From assembly GCA_046583395.1 (NCBI GenBank), contig JAYGCK010000079.1, positions 1 through 63,296 on the forward strand: DNA of 63,296 bases. Direction: 5' to 3'. This stretch comes from Deltaproteobacteria bacterium (GTDB lineage: Bacteria; Desulfobacterota; Binatia; UBA1149; CAYXZP01). Below are positions 9,037-19,087 of this stretch, in pieces. A program made the translations under genes and the position numbers. The notes beneath the pieces were generated by a model, which saw nothing but the letters and a program-made list of their open reading frames with translations, made no database searches and was not told the DNA's origin. The first letter of the stretch is position 1. Every line of letters starts with the position of its first letter.

Positions 9037-9552
9037 ATGAGAATACTCGGCATCGACCCCGGAACCATAAAGACCGGATGGGGGGTGATTGAGTTGGACG
9101 GTTCGCGGCTCCAGCACCTCGGCTCGGGCACCCTGGCGTTGGGGCGTGGCGAGCTTTCGGCGCGACTTGCCGGTATCTACCAGGGGATTGTCGGGGTCAT
9201 TGATGAGCACGGGCCGGACGAGGCCAGCATCGAGCGCAATTTTCTGGCGCGCAACGTCAAGAGCGCCTTTCGCCTGGGCGAAGGCCGGGGCGTAGCGATG
9301 GCGGCTGCCGCAGGCCGCGGCCTGCCGGTCGGAGAGTACGCGCCGGCGACCATCAAGAAGGCGGTCGTCGGTTACGGCCGTGCCGACAAGAACCAGGTCC
9401 AGGAGGCGGTAATGCGTATGCTCGGGCTCGACGACAAGCCCGACGAGGATGCCGCCGACGCCCTGGCCACGGCCCTGTGCCACGCGCTCAGCCGGTCTTG
9501 GGACGGCAAGCTTGCCGTGGCTCTCGGTGCGGCTGGAGCAGGACCTAGATGA
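9037..9552 (+). CDS. ruvC: Holliday junction resolvase RuvC
   Basis: MRILGIDPG, IKKAVVGYGRADK, DAADALA. ATG at 9037. Confidence 0.96.
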   Translation: MRILGIDPGTIKTGWGVIELDGSRLQHLGSGTLALGRGELSARLAGIYQGIVGVIDEHGPDEASIERNFLARNVKSAFRLGEGRGVAMAAAAGRGLPVGEYAPATIKKAVVGYGRADKNQVQEAVMRMLGLDDKPDEDAADALATALCHALSRSWDGKLAVALGAAGAGPR

Positions 9553-10130
9553 TCGGGCGCCTCAAGGGCCTGCTCGACGAGAAATCCCCCGGCGAGGTGC
9601 TGGTCGATGTTGGGGGGGTCGGCTATCAGGCGGCTATCCCGCTGACGACCTTCTACCGTTTGCCCGAAGCCGGCCAGGCGGTCGACCTGTTTGTTTCTAC
9701 CAACTTGCGCGAGAATGCACTCGAGCTTTTCGCTTTTGCCGACCGCAAGGACCGGGACTTGTTCAATCTCTTGCGAAGCGTGTCGGGAATCGGCCCACGT
9801 TTGGCTTTGACCGTACTTTCCGGTGTCGAAGCGCCCGAGCTGTTCGAAATAATGAACACCGAGGACCACGCCCGCCTGGTGTCGATTCCCGGCATCGGGC
9901 GTAAGACGGCCGAGCGGATGATAGTCGAGCTCAAGGACAAAATGGGCAAGGTGGACGCCGCTGCCAGCGCCGGTGCGGACGGGGCCGGGCCCGAGCGCGA
10001 TGCGGTGCTGGCCCTGGTATCTCTCGGTTATTCGCGCAAGGATTCCGAGGCCGCCGTCAAGCAGGTCCGCGGGGAGGGTGACGGTGCTCTCGAGGGCATC
10101 ATACGGCGCTCTCTGGCCAAGCTGTCATGA
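9549..10130 (+). CDS. ruvA: Holliday junction branch migration protein RuvA
   Basis: [47 protein letters not shown]. Confidence 0.97.
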   Translation: MIGRLKGLLDEKSPGEVLVDVGGVGYQAAIPLTTFYRLPEAGQAVDLFVSTNLRENALELFAFADRKDRDLFNLLRSVSGIGPRLALTVLSGVEAPELFEIMNTEDHARLVSIPGIGRKTAERMIVELKDKMGKVDAAASAGADGAGPERDAVLALVSLGYSRKDSEAAVKQVRGEGDGALEGIIRRSLAKLS

Positions 10131-11173
10131 ACGATAAGGCCGCAACCATCGAAAGCGATCCGGTAAGCCCGCTTCGTTCGCCCGACGACAGCAGCGGCGA
10201 GGCCGGGCTCAGGCCTATCACCCTTGCCGAGTACGTTGGCCAGGCGCATCTGTGCGACAATCTGTCAATCGCTATCGAAGCGGCGCGCGGACGGGGTGAG
10301 ACCCTCGACCATGTGCTGCTTTCCGGTCCGCCTGGACTGGGCAAGACCTCGATGGCCCATGTCGTGGCGACCGAACTGGGGACGGGCATTCACCAGACCA
10401 GCGGACCGGTCATAGAGAAGGCCGGCGATCTTGCGGCGATACTGACCGCGGTCGAGCGCGGTCAGGTCCTGTTCATCGACGAGATCCACCGGCTCGGGCG
10501 TATCGTCGAGGAGATTCTGTATCCGGCCATGGAGGAGTTCCGCATAGACATAGTCGTGGGCGAGGGGCCCTCGGCGCGTTCGATCTCGCTCGACCTGGAA
10601 CCCTTCACCCTGGTGGGTGCCACCACCAGGGCCGGCCTGCTGACAGCTCCGCTGCGTTCGCGATTCGGGCACGCGTTCGCCCTCGAGTATTACGAGACCG
10701 AAGAGCTGCAACGCATTGTCGAGCGCTCGGCCTCGCTTCTCGGTGTCGGGCTCGACCGCGAGGCGGCCGTCGAGATTGCCGGGCGTTCACGGGGGACCCC
10801 GCGGATAGCCAACCGTCTGCTCAGACGTTTGCGCGACTATGCGGAGGTCAAGGCCTCGGGCCGCATTACCACCGAGGTCGTAGGCTTCGGGCTCGAGATG
10901 CTGGGCGTTGATGAGGCGGGTTTCGACAACATGGACCGCCGTCTGATCTCGGCGATTATCGACAAGTTCGACGGGGGACCGGTGGGGCTCGACACCCTTG
11001 CCGCCGCGGTCGGCGAGGATGCCGGCACCCTGGAGGAGGTCTACGAGCCCTATCTTCTGCGCATCGGCTTCATCCAACGCACCGCGCGCGGGCGCGTGGC
11101 CACCCGCCATGCCTACGAACACTTCGGGCGTAAGCCGCCGGGCGACGGCACCCAGCCCGTTCTTTTCGAGTGA
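10127..11173 (+). CDS. ruvB: Holliday junction helicase RuvB
   Basis: Walker [40 protein letters not shown]. Confidence 0.98.
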   Translation: MNDKAATIESDPVSPLRSPDDSSGEAGLRPITLAEYVGQAHLCDNLSIAIEAARGRGETLDHVLLSGPPGLGKTSMAHVVATELGTGIHQTSGPVIEKAGDLAAILTAVERGQVLFIDEIHRLGRIVEEILYPAMEEFRIDIVVGEGPSARSISLDLEPFTLVGATTRAGLLTAPLRSRFGHAFALEYYETEELQRIVERSASLLGVGLDREAAVEIAGRSRGTPRIANRLLRRLRDYAEVKASGRITTEVVGFGLEMLGVDEAGFDNMDRRLISAIIDKFDGGPVGLDTLAAAVGEDAGTLEEVYEPYLLRIGFIQRTARGRVATRHAYEHFGRKPPGDGTQPVLFE

Positions 11174-13368
11174 GCGGTCTGCCCGACGACGAACGGCGGC
11201 GCCGCCGGCGAGAGGCCATGGTCATATTGGCCGCCGGTCTGGCGGTCCTGGTGTTTACCGTGTGGGAAGCGCGCCGTCCGGGCGACGAGACAGCGCTGGG
11301 CAACGTCTTCTCCTTCCTGCTGATCAACCTCAACATCGTTCTGCTGCTGGTCCTGGTCTTCCTGGTCCTACGTAACGTCGTAAAGCTCATCATCGAACGC
11401 CGGCGCCGTGTGATGGGAAGCCATCTGCGCAGCCGACTGGTCGCCGCCTTCGTGGTAATCTCGCTGTTCCCGGCCGGTGTCATGGCCCTGGTGTCCGTGC
11501 AGTTCATCAGCAACAGCATCGACGGCTGGTTCAGTGCCGAGGTCGAGTCCTCGTTGAGGGGGGCGCACCGTCTTGCCGCGACCTATTACGGTAGTTCCGC
11601 CGACCAGGCGGTTGTGCACGCGCGCGCTATCGCCGGGCGCTTGGACGGGACCGAGGACCAGTCCAGCCCGGGCACCAAGGAGATGCTCCGGGACTACCAA
11701 CAGACCTACGGAATCGGCACGGTGCAGGTGGTCGATGACCAGGGCCGCCAGGTTCTGGCCTTGTTCAACGAAAAGCTCCCGACCGGGGTCCCGGTGAGCA
11801 CCGACCTCGAGTTCATTGACGAAACACTGGAAACGGGCACAGCCACCCGCGTCGAAAGTCTCGGTACTGCCGATGTCATACGCGGCGCGGCTCCAATCCT
11901 GTCGGCCGGCGGCGGCCGGGCCGTGGTCATAGTCGATTACGTCGTCGATCCGAGTGCCAGGCTCTGGAGCCGCTCCATCCTCGATTCCTTTAGGCAGTAT
12001 CGTCAACTCGAGCTCAACAAACGGCCCTTCAAGAACCTCTATGTCCTGACCATGGGCTTGGCCACGTTGGTCGTGGTCTTTTCGGCCGCCTGGTTGGGGC
12101 TATATCTGGCCCGCGGCATCACCGGTCCGCTCGGCCGCCTGGCCGACGCGACCAACGCGGTTGCCGGGGGCAAGTGGGACGTGGAACTCCAGGAGGAGGG
12201 TGGCGACGAGGTCGGGGCGGTGGTTCGCGCGTTCAAGAGCATGACCATGCAACTCAAGGCTAGTCACGACGCCCTTGACGAACGGCGTCGTTACATCGAA
12301 GCCGTTCTTGCCAACATCGATGCCGGCGTGGTCTCGGTCGACGAGGAAGGCGTGATAACCACCGTCAACCTGGCTGCGATGACGCTGCTTTCGCTCGACC
12401 CCGCCGGTGTGGTTGGCCAGAAGGCGGAGCCCGTGTTCGATGCCTGCGGTTACGGCGAGGTCGCCGGTATGCTCACCGGGCTCGGCAGTGGAGAGACCGG
12501 CGCCAGCCTCAACGTTGAGAACGAGGCGGCCGGCCGGACCTTGGCGGTAACGGCCAGCGGTCTGGTGCGGCGTTCGGGAAAACGCAGCGGATGGATACTG
12601 TTCTTCGAGGATGTTTCGCGATTGGCCGAGGCCCAGCGCACCGAGGCCTGGAAGGAGGTCGCCCGCCGCATTGCCCACGAGATAAAGAACCCGCTTACGC
12701 CGATCCAGCTGTCGGCCCAGCGGATGGGGCGGCGCCTGGCCGGCCGTTTGCCCGCCGAGGATGCCGAGCTGGTCGAGGATTGCATCGGCACGATTATCGG
12801 AGAGGTTGACGAGCTGAAGGGACTGGTAAACGAGTTCTCCCAGTTCACTCGCAGCGGCGGCGGCGACAAGCGGGCGCAGTGTCTCAACCGGGTGGTTGAG
12901 GAGACCCTGCCGCTTTACAGGCAGGCTCACCCCGACATTGCCATGGACTTCAAGGCCGCCGCTGGCCTACCCGAAGTATTGATGAACCGGGAGGCTGTGC
13001 GCCGTGCGCTGGTAAATCTGCTCGACAACGCGGTTGCCGCTCTGGGGCCGGAGCCGGGGGTCGAGCGGCCGTCGGTCCGGCGGATTACGGTGGCCACTCG
13101 CTCGGAACAAGAACTGTCAAGGGTCATTCTCGAGGTCGCCGACACCGGCCCCGGCGTTCCGGCCGAGCAGCGCGCACGCATCTTTGAACCGTACTATTCC
13201 ACCAAGGAAGACGGCACCGGTCTCGGTCTGGCGGTGGTCGCTTCGGTGGCCCAAGACCACCAGGCCTACGTGCGGCTTCATGACAACGCACCAACCGGCA
13301 CTCGGTTCGTCATCGAGTTCCCGGTCGCGAGCGACGAAGGTGACGAGGCGCAGGCGTCACCCGCTTGA
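11170..13368 (+). CDS. ntrY: NtrY-type membrane sensor histidine kinase (TM-periplasmic-TM-HAMP-PAS-HisKA-HATPase)
   Basis: H-box [20 protein letters not shown] (NtrY signature), N-box NLLDNA, G1 DTGPG, F/G2 [16 protein letters not shown]. Multiple N-terminal TM helices and a HAMP segment ITGPLGRL...GGDEVG. Confidence 0.88.
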   Translation: MSGLPDDERRRRRREAMVILAAGLAVLVFTVWEARRPGDETALGNVFSFLLINLNIVLLLVLVFLVLRNVVKLIIERRRRVMGSHLRSRLVAAFVVISLFPAGVMALVSVQFISNSIDGWFSAEVESSLRGAHRLAATYYGSSADQAVVHARAIAGRLDGTEDQSSPGTKEMLRDYQQTYGIGTVQVVDDQGRQVLALFNEKLPTGVPVSTDLEFIDETLETGTATRVESLGTADVIRGAAPILSAGGGRAVVIVDYVVDPSARLWSRSILDSFRQYRQLELNKRPFKNLYVLTMGLATLVVVFSAAWLGLYLARGITGPLGRLADATNAVAGGKWDVELQEEGGDEVGAVVRAFKSMTMQLKASHDALDERRRYIEAVLANIDAGVVSVDEEGVITTVNLAAMTLLSLDPAGVVGQKAEPVFDACGYGEVAGMLTGLGSGETGASLNVENEAAGRTLAVTASGLVRRSGKRSGWILFFEDVSRLAEAQRTEAWKEVARRIAHEIKNPLTPIQLSAQRMGRRLAGRLPAEDAELVEDCIGTIIGEVDELKGLVNEFSQFTRSGGGDKRAQCLNRVVEETLPLYRQAHPDIAMDFKAAAGLPEVLMNREAVRRALVNLLDNAVAALGPEPGVERPSVRRITVATRSEQELSRVILEVADTGPGVPAEQRARIFEPYYSTKEDGTGLGLAVVASVAQDHQAYVRLHDNAPTGTRFVIEFPVASDEGDEAQASPA

Positions 13369-14651
13369 GCTATCCTATGGAGACGATGCAGAAGGTTCTG
13401 ATAGTCGACGACGATGCCGCCGTGCGCGAGACCATCGGCGGGGTGCTGAGCGACGAAGGCTTCGACATCAGTACTGCCGCCAGCGGGGAGGAGGCCCAAC
13501 GGCGGATGTCGGTCGAAACGCCCGATCTCGTGCTGGTCGATGTGTGGATGCCCGACATGGACGGGATTGAGCTTCTGTCGAGGATACGGGGGGCGGGCTC
13601 GAACATGCCCGTCATCGTTGTTTCGGGGCACGGCAGCGTCGAGCTGGCTGTCACCGCCACCCGGCTCGGCGCGGTCGATTTCATCGAGAAGCCCTTTTCG
13701 ATTGAGGGACTCCTGCAATCGGTCAACCGGGCCCTCGGCAAGGCGACCACCGGCACCGGCTCGCGGTCCGAGGTGGCGCCGGCAGACCGTCGCCGGGTAG
13801 GCGATACCGGATTGCTCGTGGCCGAACGGACGGTTGCCAGGAGTGTGACCAGTAGCGGGCTTGGTCTCCATAGCGGCCAGCGCACCGGAATCATCCTCCA
13901 CCCGCTACCGCCCGGCAGCGGAATACGTTTTGGGAGTGTGGCCGGCGAGGGTGTGGTCGAGGCCTCCGTCGACAACGTCGATTCGACCGGCTACGCGACC
14001 ACTTTGTTCAAGGACGGGACGTCGGTGCGTACCGTGGAGCATCTCATGGCTGCTTTGCATGCCTATGGGGTCACCAATCTCCTGGTCAAGGTGGAAGGGG
14101 AGGTGCCCATCCTCGACGGTTCGGCTGTTGAGCTGTGTGCGCTTCTCGACAACGCGGGCATCGAGGACCAGGGCAGCGAAACGCCGGCTGTAGCGGTGGC
14201 CGACCTGGTACGTCTGGAGCCTGGGCCCGATCAGTTCATCGAGGCCAGGCCCTATGACGGGTTGAGGATTACCTACGAGCTTGCCTACCCGGAACCTGTC
14301 GGAGAACAGACCTACTGTTTCGAGTTCGACGGGCCCGGCTCGTTCCGTTCGGAAATCGCGCCGGCCCGCACCTTCGGCTTTGTTGAAGAGATTCGTGCAC
14401 TCGAGCAGGCCGGTCTCGGGCAGGGGGGCCAGCTCGGCAACTTCATTCTCATCGGGGACAGCGGGTTCGTGAACACCGAACTACGATTTCCCGAGGAACT
14501 GGCCCGGCACAAGATTCTCGATCTGATGGGCGACCTGTACCTGCTCGGCGCTCCGCTCAAGGGGCAGTTCCATGCGCGCAAGACCGGCCATACGCACAAT
14601 GTGGAGCTGGCCCGCGCGATTCGGGATTCCTTGCTAGCGAACGGCGCTTAG
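13365..14651 (+). CDS. lpxC: Fusion of an NtrX-type response-regulator receiver domain and UDP-3-O-acyl-GlcNAc deacetylase LpxC
   Basis: aa ~8-125 are REC (VDDD, phospho-Asp59 in DVWMP, SGHG, EKPF). aa ~153-428 are LpxC (ERT, GLGLHSG, TVEHL, EVPILDGSA, ARTFGF, RHKILD, GH). One continuous frame; the start may be TTG 13365 or ATG 13377/13386. Confidence 0.92.
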   Translation: MSYPMETMQKVLIVDDDAAVRETIGGVLSDEGFDISTAASGEEAQRRMSVETPDLVLVDVWMPDMDGIELLSRIRGAGSNMPVIVVSGHGSVELAVTATRLGAVDFIEKPFSIEGLLQSVNRALGKATTGTGSRSEVAPADRRRVGDTGLLVAERTVARSVTSSGLGLHSGQRTGIILHPLPPGSGIRFGSVAGEGVVEASVDNVDSTGYATTLFKDGTSVRTVEHLMAALHAYGVTNLLVKVEGEVPILDGSAVELCALLDNAGIEDQGSETPAVAVADLVRLEPGPDQFIEARPYDGLRITYELAYPEPVGEQTYCFEFDGPGSFRSEIAPARTFGFVEEIRALEQAGLGQGGQLGNFILIGDSGFVNTELRFPEELARHKILDLMGDLYLLGAPLKGQFHARKTGHTHNVELARAIRDSLLANGA

Positions 14652-15479
14652 TTGCGGACGGCTCGCAGCCCCCGAAAGTTGGTAGTGCCGCCAGCCCTCA
14701 GGATCGGCTACGGCTTCGGGCAGGAGGCCTGCAATCATCTTGCCGCGCGGCCTTTCATCGCGGATCCGTACGGCCAGTCGTCCCTCGATCAGCAAGGACC
14801 CCGCCCGCCGGAACACCGTGGCCGCCGGAAGTCGCCATTGGATGCCTTCGGCCTCTGCCGTCGAGCCGTCAAGTACCAGGGCCGGCCCATCGAGGCTGGC
14901 CTCCAGGTCGACGGCGGAAAGCTCGAAAGCGGCTAGGGCGATCGAGCCAGGCCCGGTGCCCGAGAACCTGGCGTTACGGCCTTCAATACTGATTTTGCCT
15001 TCGCGCACGGCCGTTCCGACCGGCCCGCTGCTCTGGCCGCGGCCGATGCCGCGCAGTGCCAGCGCCCCGCCGAAACGACCTTCAAGGTGGCCATGGGACA
15101 GGACGAGGCAACGTTCGGGTTCGACGCCGGTAAAGGTCAGTCCGAAGCGACGGCCACGCTGTAGCTTGCCTCGCCACGAACCACCGCAGGCATCGCCTTC
15201 GATATCGACCCCGCCGCGCAGCCCGAAACCGAGATAGAGGGTGTCGATGCTCATGGTGTCGCTGTTGCGGGCAAGCCGGATGCCCCGCAGCAGGTAGCCC
15301 GGCGGCGACACCGACATCCGCGCAATCTTGGGCCAGCGCGGCTCCACACTTTCGATGGAGGAGGCCACGCCGGCCCTTGCCAGTGCTGTTCTTACCAGGC
15401 GTTCGACAACCAGTTTATGCGGAAAGGTCCAGACGAAGCAGACGATGGTAAGCGCCACGAACAGCGCGGGCCGCCTCAC
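14634..15479 (-). CDS. gspN: Type II secretion system protein GspN-like
   Basis: N-terminal TM ending in WTFP, last gene after gspM in a C-to-M cluster. Assigned largely by position. Confidence 0.6.
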   Translation of the reverse strand: MRRPALFVALTIVCFVWTFPHKLVVERLVRTALARAGVASSIESVEPRWPKIARMSVSPPGYLLRGIRLARNSDTMSIDTLYLGFGLRGGVDIEGDACGGSWRGKLQRGRRFGLTFTGVEPERCLVLSHGHLEGRFGGALALRGIGRGQSSGPVGTAVREGKISIEGRNARFSGTGPGSIALAAFELSAVDLEASLDGPALVLDGSTAEAEGIQWRLPAATVFRRAGSLLIEGRLAVRIRDERPRGKMIAGLLPEAVADPEGWRHYQLSGAASRPQLSAVR

Positions 15480-16027
15480 GACCCCTCCGCGCTCGAGGCA
15501 ACGGTCAGCGAGGCGTCAAAGCGGGCGCTGTCCTCGTAGCGGCGTTTGAGGTCGAGATGGAGCACCCGAATGGCCCCCTTTTGCGCTTCGATTCTTCCCA
15601 GAAGTTCGACCAGTTGGCCGAGAGAGATGCCACCTAGACGCAGGTCCACACGTGAGCCTCGCGCCCGCCGCTTGTCCGGACCCTTGTCGGGAACTATCGA
15701 CTCGACCGACCCCGGGGGCACGGTGGCAGACGTCAATCGGTCGACCAGCGCAAACAACGAGCCCTCGCCGGCGGTCACGGCCTCGCGTTTGTCGATGCGT
15801 TCCTGGATGGCCTCGATTCGCGTGGCAAGCGAGCCGATGGCCGCCATATCGCGTGTCAAGGTCGTGATGCGGCTCTCCATGGAGCCGCGCCTGGCCACCA
15901 CCGGCTCAACGACCAGCGTGTATAGTGCGGTCACGGAAATAATCGCGGTAAATGCCACCAGCAGACGCCGCTCGCGCAGGCTCAGACGCTCGAGAACGGG
16001 GAGTAGTATATCGGCCGGTGTTCGCAT
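15476..16027 (-). CDS. gspM: Type II secretion system protein GspM
   Basis: LSLRERRLL followed by a TM helix, coiled coil and ferredoxin-like C-terminus (ISLGQLVELLGRIE). Follows gspL. Confidence 0.8.
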   Translation of the reverse strand: MRTPADILLPVLERLSLRERRLLVAFTAIISVTALYTLVVEPVVARRGSMESRITTLTRDMAAIGSLATRIEAIQERIDKREAVTAGEGSLFALVDRLTSATVPPGSVESIVPDKGPDKRRARGSRVDLRLGGISLGQLVELLGRIEAQKGAIRVLHLDLKRRYEDSARFDASLTVASSAEGS

Positions 16028-17413
16028 CTAACTGTTGTGCGCTGTTCCCGGGATGGCCAGGGTAAGCTCGAGGCGAAAGTCGACACCTTCGCCGGCGATA
16101 TTGGCACGGACCTCTATGACCTCGACCGCCGAGAAGTCCCGGTGGGCGCGCAGCGCTTCTTCGAGCTTGGTCACGGCTTCGTAATCGCTACCGTGGCCGG
16201 CCAGTCGAATGGACGGAGGGTCGTATTGATAGGATTCGAGCTCGACCTTTATCTCGGCCGGCACGGTGGCCGACATCGCCACCAGGGCCGCAAGCGGGGA
16301 GGCATAGCCTGCGGTTGTCGGGTGCTGGCCTACGCGCCCTTCGAGTTCGGAGAGACGCATCTCTAGCTTTAACTTGCGGCCGCCGTGTCCGGCCGCCGAA
16401 GGCATCGCGCGGGCGGTAATCTGGTCGGCCTGCCGGATCAGGTCCGCGTGTTTGCGGCCGAGGCGTATGTGGTCGACTGCGGTGGCGGTAATCAGCAAGA
16501 GACCGGCCGCCGCCGCCCAGCGGCCCAACTGACCAAAGCCGGCCTCCTCCATGCCCGCGGCCGAGGGCGCGGCGCTGCCATGCTGGAAGGCCACCGACGG
16601 TCTTCCGCACTCGCCGCCGGCCGTTGCTACCAGCCCTAGGAGTGTAGTGTGCTCGGTCCACTGTTCGGCCAGCAGTTCGGGGGCCTCGACCGGACAGTCC
16701 CCGGCCAGGCGTTCGAGCTGGTGTCCGGCCAGGCGTGAGGACAGTTCTTCCATGCTCTCGTCGGCGGCCGGCCCGGCGCACACGACCCGTTCTATGTCGG
16801 GGGCCAACGATGCCACGGCCCACGCGACGTCGCGTGCCGTGCGCTGGCCGGAACCGGGACCGATGACCCTCAGTCCGCTGAGCACGCCTTCGCGAACGGC
16901 GGCGACGGTGGTCGATGTGGCCGAATTGTTGACGGCGATGTAGCTCGACCCTTCGGCCAAGGAACGTGAGAAGCATTCCAGCGCTGCGGTCGGGGTCCAT
17001 ACCAACTCGGCCTGTTCGATGTCCATGGCGGCCAGGCGGCGGCGAACTGAGTCGAGGCGCGTGCGCGGAGCTATCACGGCCAGAATCTGGCCGTGGTGGC
17101 CGGGGCTTGTGCGGTCCCAGGCGGTTTCGCCGTCTTCGAGCGAAAACGGGACGTGGTCCTCGAGGGCCACCCCTGCGGTCCGTTTGATGCGTCTTTTGTC
17201 GTTGAACGGGAGTTCCAGGAAACGGAAGGCCGCTGCGCCGGCTGCCAATCCCACCGTTACACGGTCCCAACGCGTACCACCCAACGTGCCCGCGAACTCG
17301 CTGTCATCGAGTTCGTGTATCTCGCTGATGCTGAAGCGCCTCAGGGTCGATTCGACCACCGCGGCGCGAAGCCCATCAGTGCCGAGTTCGAGCGCTAGGA
17401 CGCGTCCGGCCAT
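16028..17413 (-). CDS. gspL: Type II secretion system protein GspL (actin-like cytoplasmic domain, TM, PilN-like periplasmic domain)
   Basis: VLALELGTDGLRAA, FLELPFNDKRRIK...LEDHVPF, a late TM helix. Lies between gspK and gspM. Confidence 0.8.
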   Translation of the reverse strand: MAGRVLALELGTDGLRAAVVESTLRRFSISEIHELDDSEFAGTLGGTRWDRVTVGLAAGAAAFRFLELPFNDKRRIKRTAGVALEDHVPFSLEDGETAWDRTSPGHHGQILAVIAPRTRLDSVRRRLAAMDIEQAELVWTPTAALECFSRSLAEGSSYIAVNNSATSTTVAAVREGVLSGLRVIGPGSGQRTARDVAWAVASLAPDIERVVCAGPAADESMEELSSRLAGHQLERLAGDCPVEAPELLAEQWTEHTTLLGLVATAGGECGRPSVAFQHGSAAPSAAGMEEAGFGQLGRWAAAAGLLLITATAVDHIRLGRKHADLIRQADQITARAMPSAAGHGGRKLKLEMRLSELEGRVGQHPTTAGYASPLAALVAMSATVPAEIKVELESYQYDPPSIRLAGHGSDYEAVTKLEEALRAHRDFSAVEVIEVRANIAGEGVDFRLELTLAIPGTAHNS

Positions 17414-18411
17414 GACAGTTCGTTAAGGCGGGTCGGCACCGACGTGTCAACGCCGGCTATCGTCGGAACGTTTCGTTCGAGCCTGTAAACGGTGCGGCTT
17501 TTGCCATTCTCGCGAGTGACCAGGGCCTCGAGCGAACGGTGGATGCCGTCGATAGAACCCACCGTTCTGACGCGAAAGTACTTGCTCGAATAGCCGACCA
17601 GGGATGCAATCGGGACTTCGGCCAGCCCCGGGATGCTTTCTAGGTCGGCTCGCCCACTAATCGCGCGCCGGGCCCGGCGTTCGAGCAAACGGCCTATCAA
17701 ACGCTCGTCCTCCATGCGCGGATGGAGAGCGCGCAGCACCTTCTCAGGGGCCGTGTTGATGTTTATCCGCCGTTCACCGGCGGGCAGGACTGCGGCGACC
17801 TTGGCCAGTTTGAGCAGTTGCTTTGGGCCCAAGCCGCGTACCAGCACCGATTCACGTAGGGTCAGCATCGGCGCGTTGCGCGGCGCGTATGGCGGCACGG
17901 TGTCGCGGTATTGGGGAGCTTCGGCGCCTTCGGGACCAAAGCGGACCTTGGAGTCGGCATCGATCCAGTCGGCCAGCGGAGCGACGAGACGGGGGTCCAC
18001 GCCGGCCAGTTCGAGTAGGCGTGCGAACCTTGCGGTCTCGCCGGCCGAGGCGCTACGCAGGCGGTTGATGTTGTAACGGCCCTGCTCGTCATCGATGCGG
18101 ATGGCCAGCAGTCCGCCTCCTGGAGCCTCTATCGGAGGAAAGGGCAGGGCCCAGGGCTCGGTCAGCGCGTCGGTCTTGCCGGCACGCGCATCGAGTTCCA
18201 AGAGGACCTCGGCCAGCACCAGTCCTGACTCGGCCAGACCGGCAGCCCTGCGGGCCTTGAGCCAGTGGGCGGCACGGCGATGGTCGACCTGGACTTCATA
18301 GGTGAACTGAACGACCAGGATGGTCAGCAGCGCCACAGCCATCAGCGTGATGACCAGGGCCACACCCCGTTCGCCGTTCCTGGCGCCGATGGTCGCCGGT
18401 CCTTCAGTCAT
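17395..18411 (-). CDS. gspK: Minor pseudopilin GspK
   Basis: RGVALVITL, DEQGRYNINRL, LADWIDAD, RININTA, SKYFRV. Likely ATG at 18411. Confidence 0.9.
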   Translation of the reverse strand: MTEGPATIGARNGERGVALVITLMAVALLTILVVQFTYEVQVDHRRAAHWLKARRAAGLAESGLVLAEVLLELDARAGKTDALTEPWALPFPPIEAPGGGLLAIRIDDEQGRYNINRLRSASAGETARFARLLELAGVDPRLVAPLADWIDADSKVRFGPEGAEAPQYRDTVPPYAPRNAPMLTLRESVLVRGLGPKQLLKLAKVAAVLPAGERRININTAPEKVLRALHPRMEDERLIGRLLERRARRAISGRADLESIPGLAEVPIASLVGYSSKYFRVRTVGSIDGIHRSLEALVTRENGKSRTVYRLERNVPTIAGVDTSVPTRLNELSWPDAS

Positions 18412-19087
18412 GGGCCAGTGCCGGTATTTGGGTGGAACTTGACAGCACAAGAGGCTCGCCGCCGAGCTTGTCGGTGAACCCCAGCCGGATCTCTGCGGCC
18501 TCCGGTGCCCGCCGTTGGGCTGCTTGCCCGGCCCAGCGGGCTTGCCAGCGCTTGCCGTCGAAGAAACGTATTTCGAGCCAGCCCAGCCCCGATGCCACGA
18601 CGGTCCGAACGCTGCTGTCGTCGTCGATGGGTCCGGGGGGGCGGCGTTCGTAGCGAATCAGGTCCATGCCGTCCGAACCGGTGGCCAGGCGGTAGGCCAC
18701 GCGAGCCTGGTCGGCGCGGTCGTCGGGCGGGAGCGGCCCCAGGCCCTCGACCGGTGTCGTCCCGCGTGCGCTAAGAAGGGTCAGGTCGAGGACGGTGGTC
18801 TCCGCGTCCGCCGCAATGGTCGAGTTGGCGCTGATGTCGGCCCAAAAGCGGGGCATGGCCGCGGGCAGGTTGCCGGTGGCAAAGCTGCCACGCAGGTCGC
18901 GTTCCAGCCAAGAAAAGGCTGAACGCGCCTCGGCGAACACCTCGGCACGCGCCAGCGCATGGTCGCGCGCGGCCGCAGTGCGGGCGAAGCTGCCGTAGAC
19001 TATCGCGGTTACCACGGCCAGCACCGAGACGGCCACCATCAGTTCGACCAGCGACATGCCGGCCTGGCCACGCCACCGCCCGTTCAC
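18404..19087 (-). CDS. gspJ: Minor pseudopilin GspJ
   Basis: Prepilin motif G|MSLVELMVA, then LERDL, and C-terminal EIRFFDG...W...W...PEAAEI. Confidence 0.85.
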   Translation of the reverse strand: MNGRWRGQAGMSLVELMVAVSVLAVVTAIVYGSFARTAAARDHALARAEVFAEARSAFSWLERDLRGSFATGNLPAAMPRFWADISANSTIAADAETTVLDLTLLSARGTTPVEGLGPLPPDDRADQARVAYRLATGSDGMDLIRYERRPPGPIDDDSSVRTVVASGLGWLEIRFFDGKRWQARWAGQAAQRRAPEAAEIRLGFTDKLGGEPLVLSSSTQIPALAHD

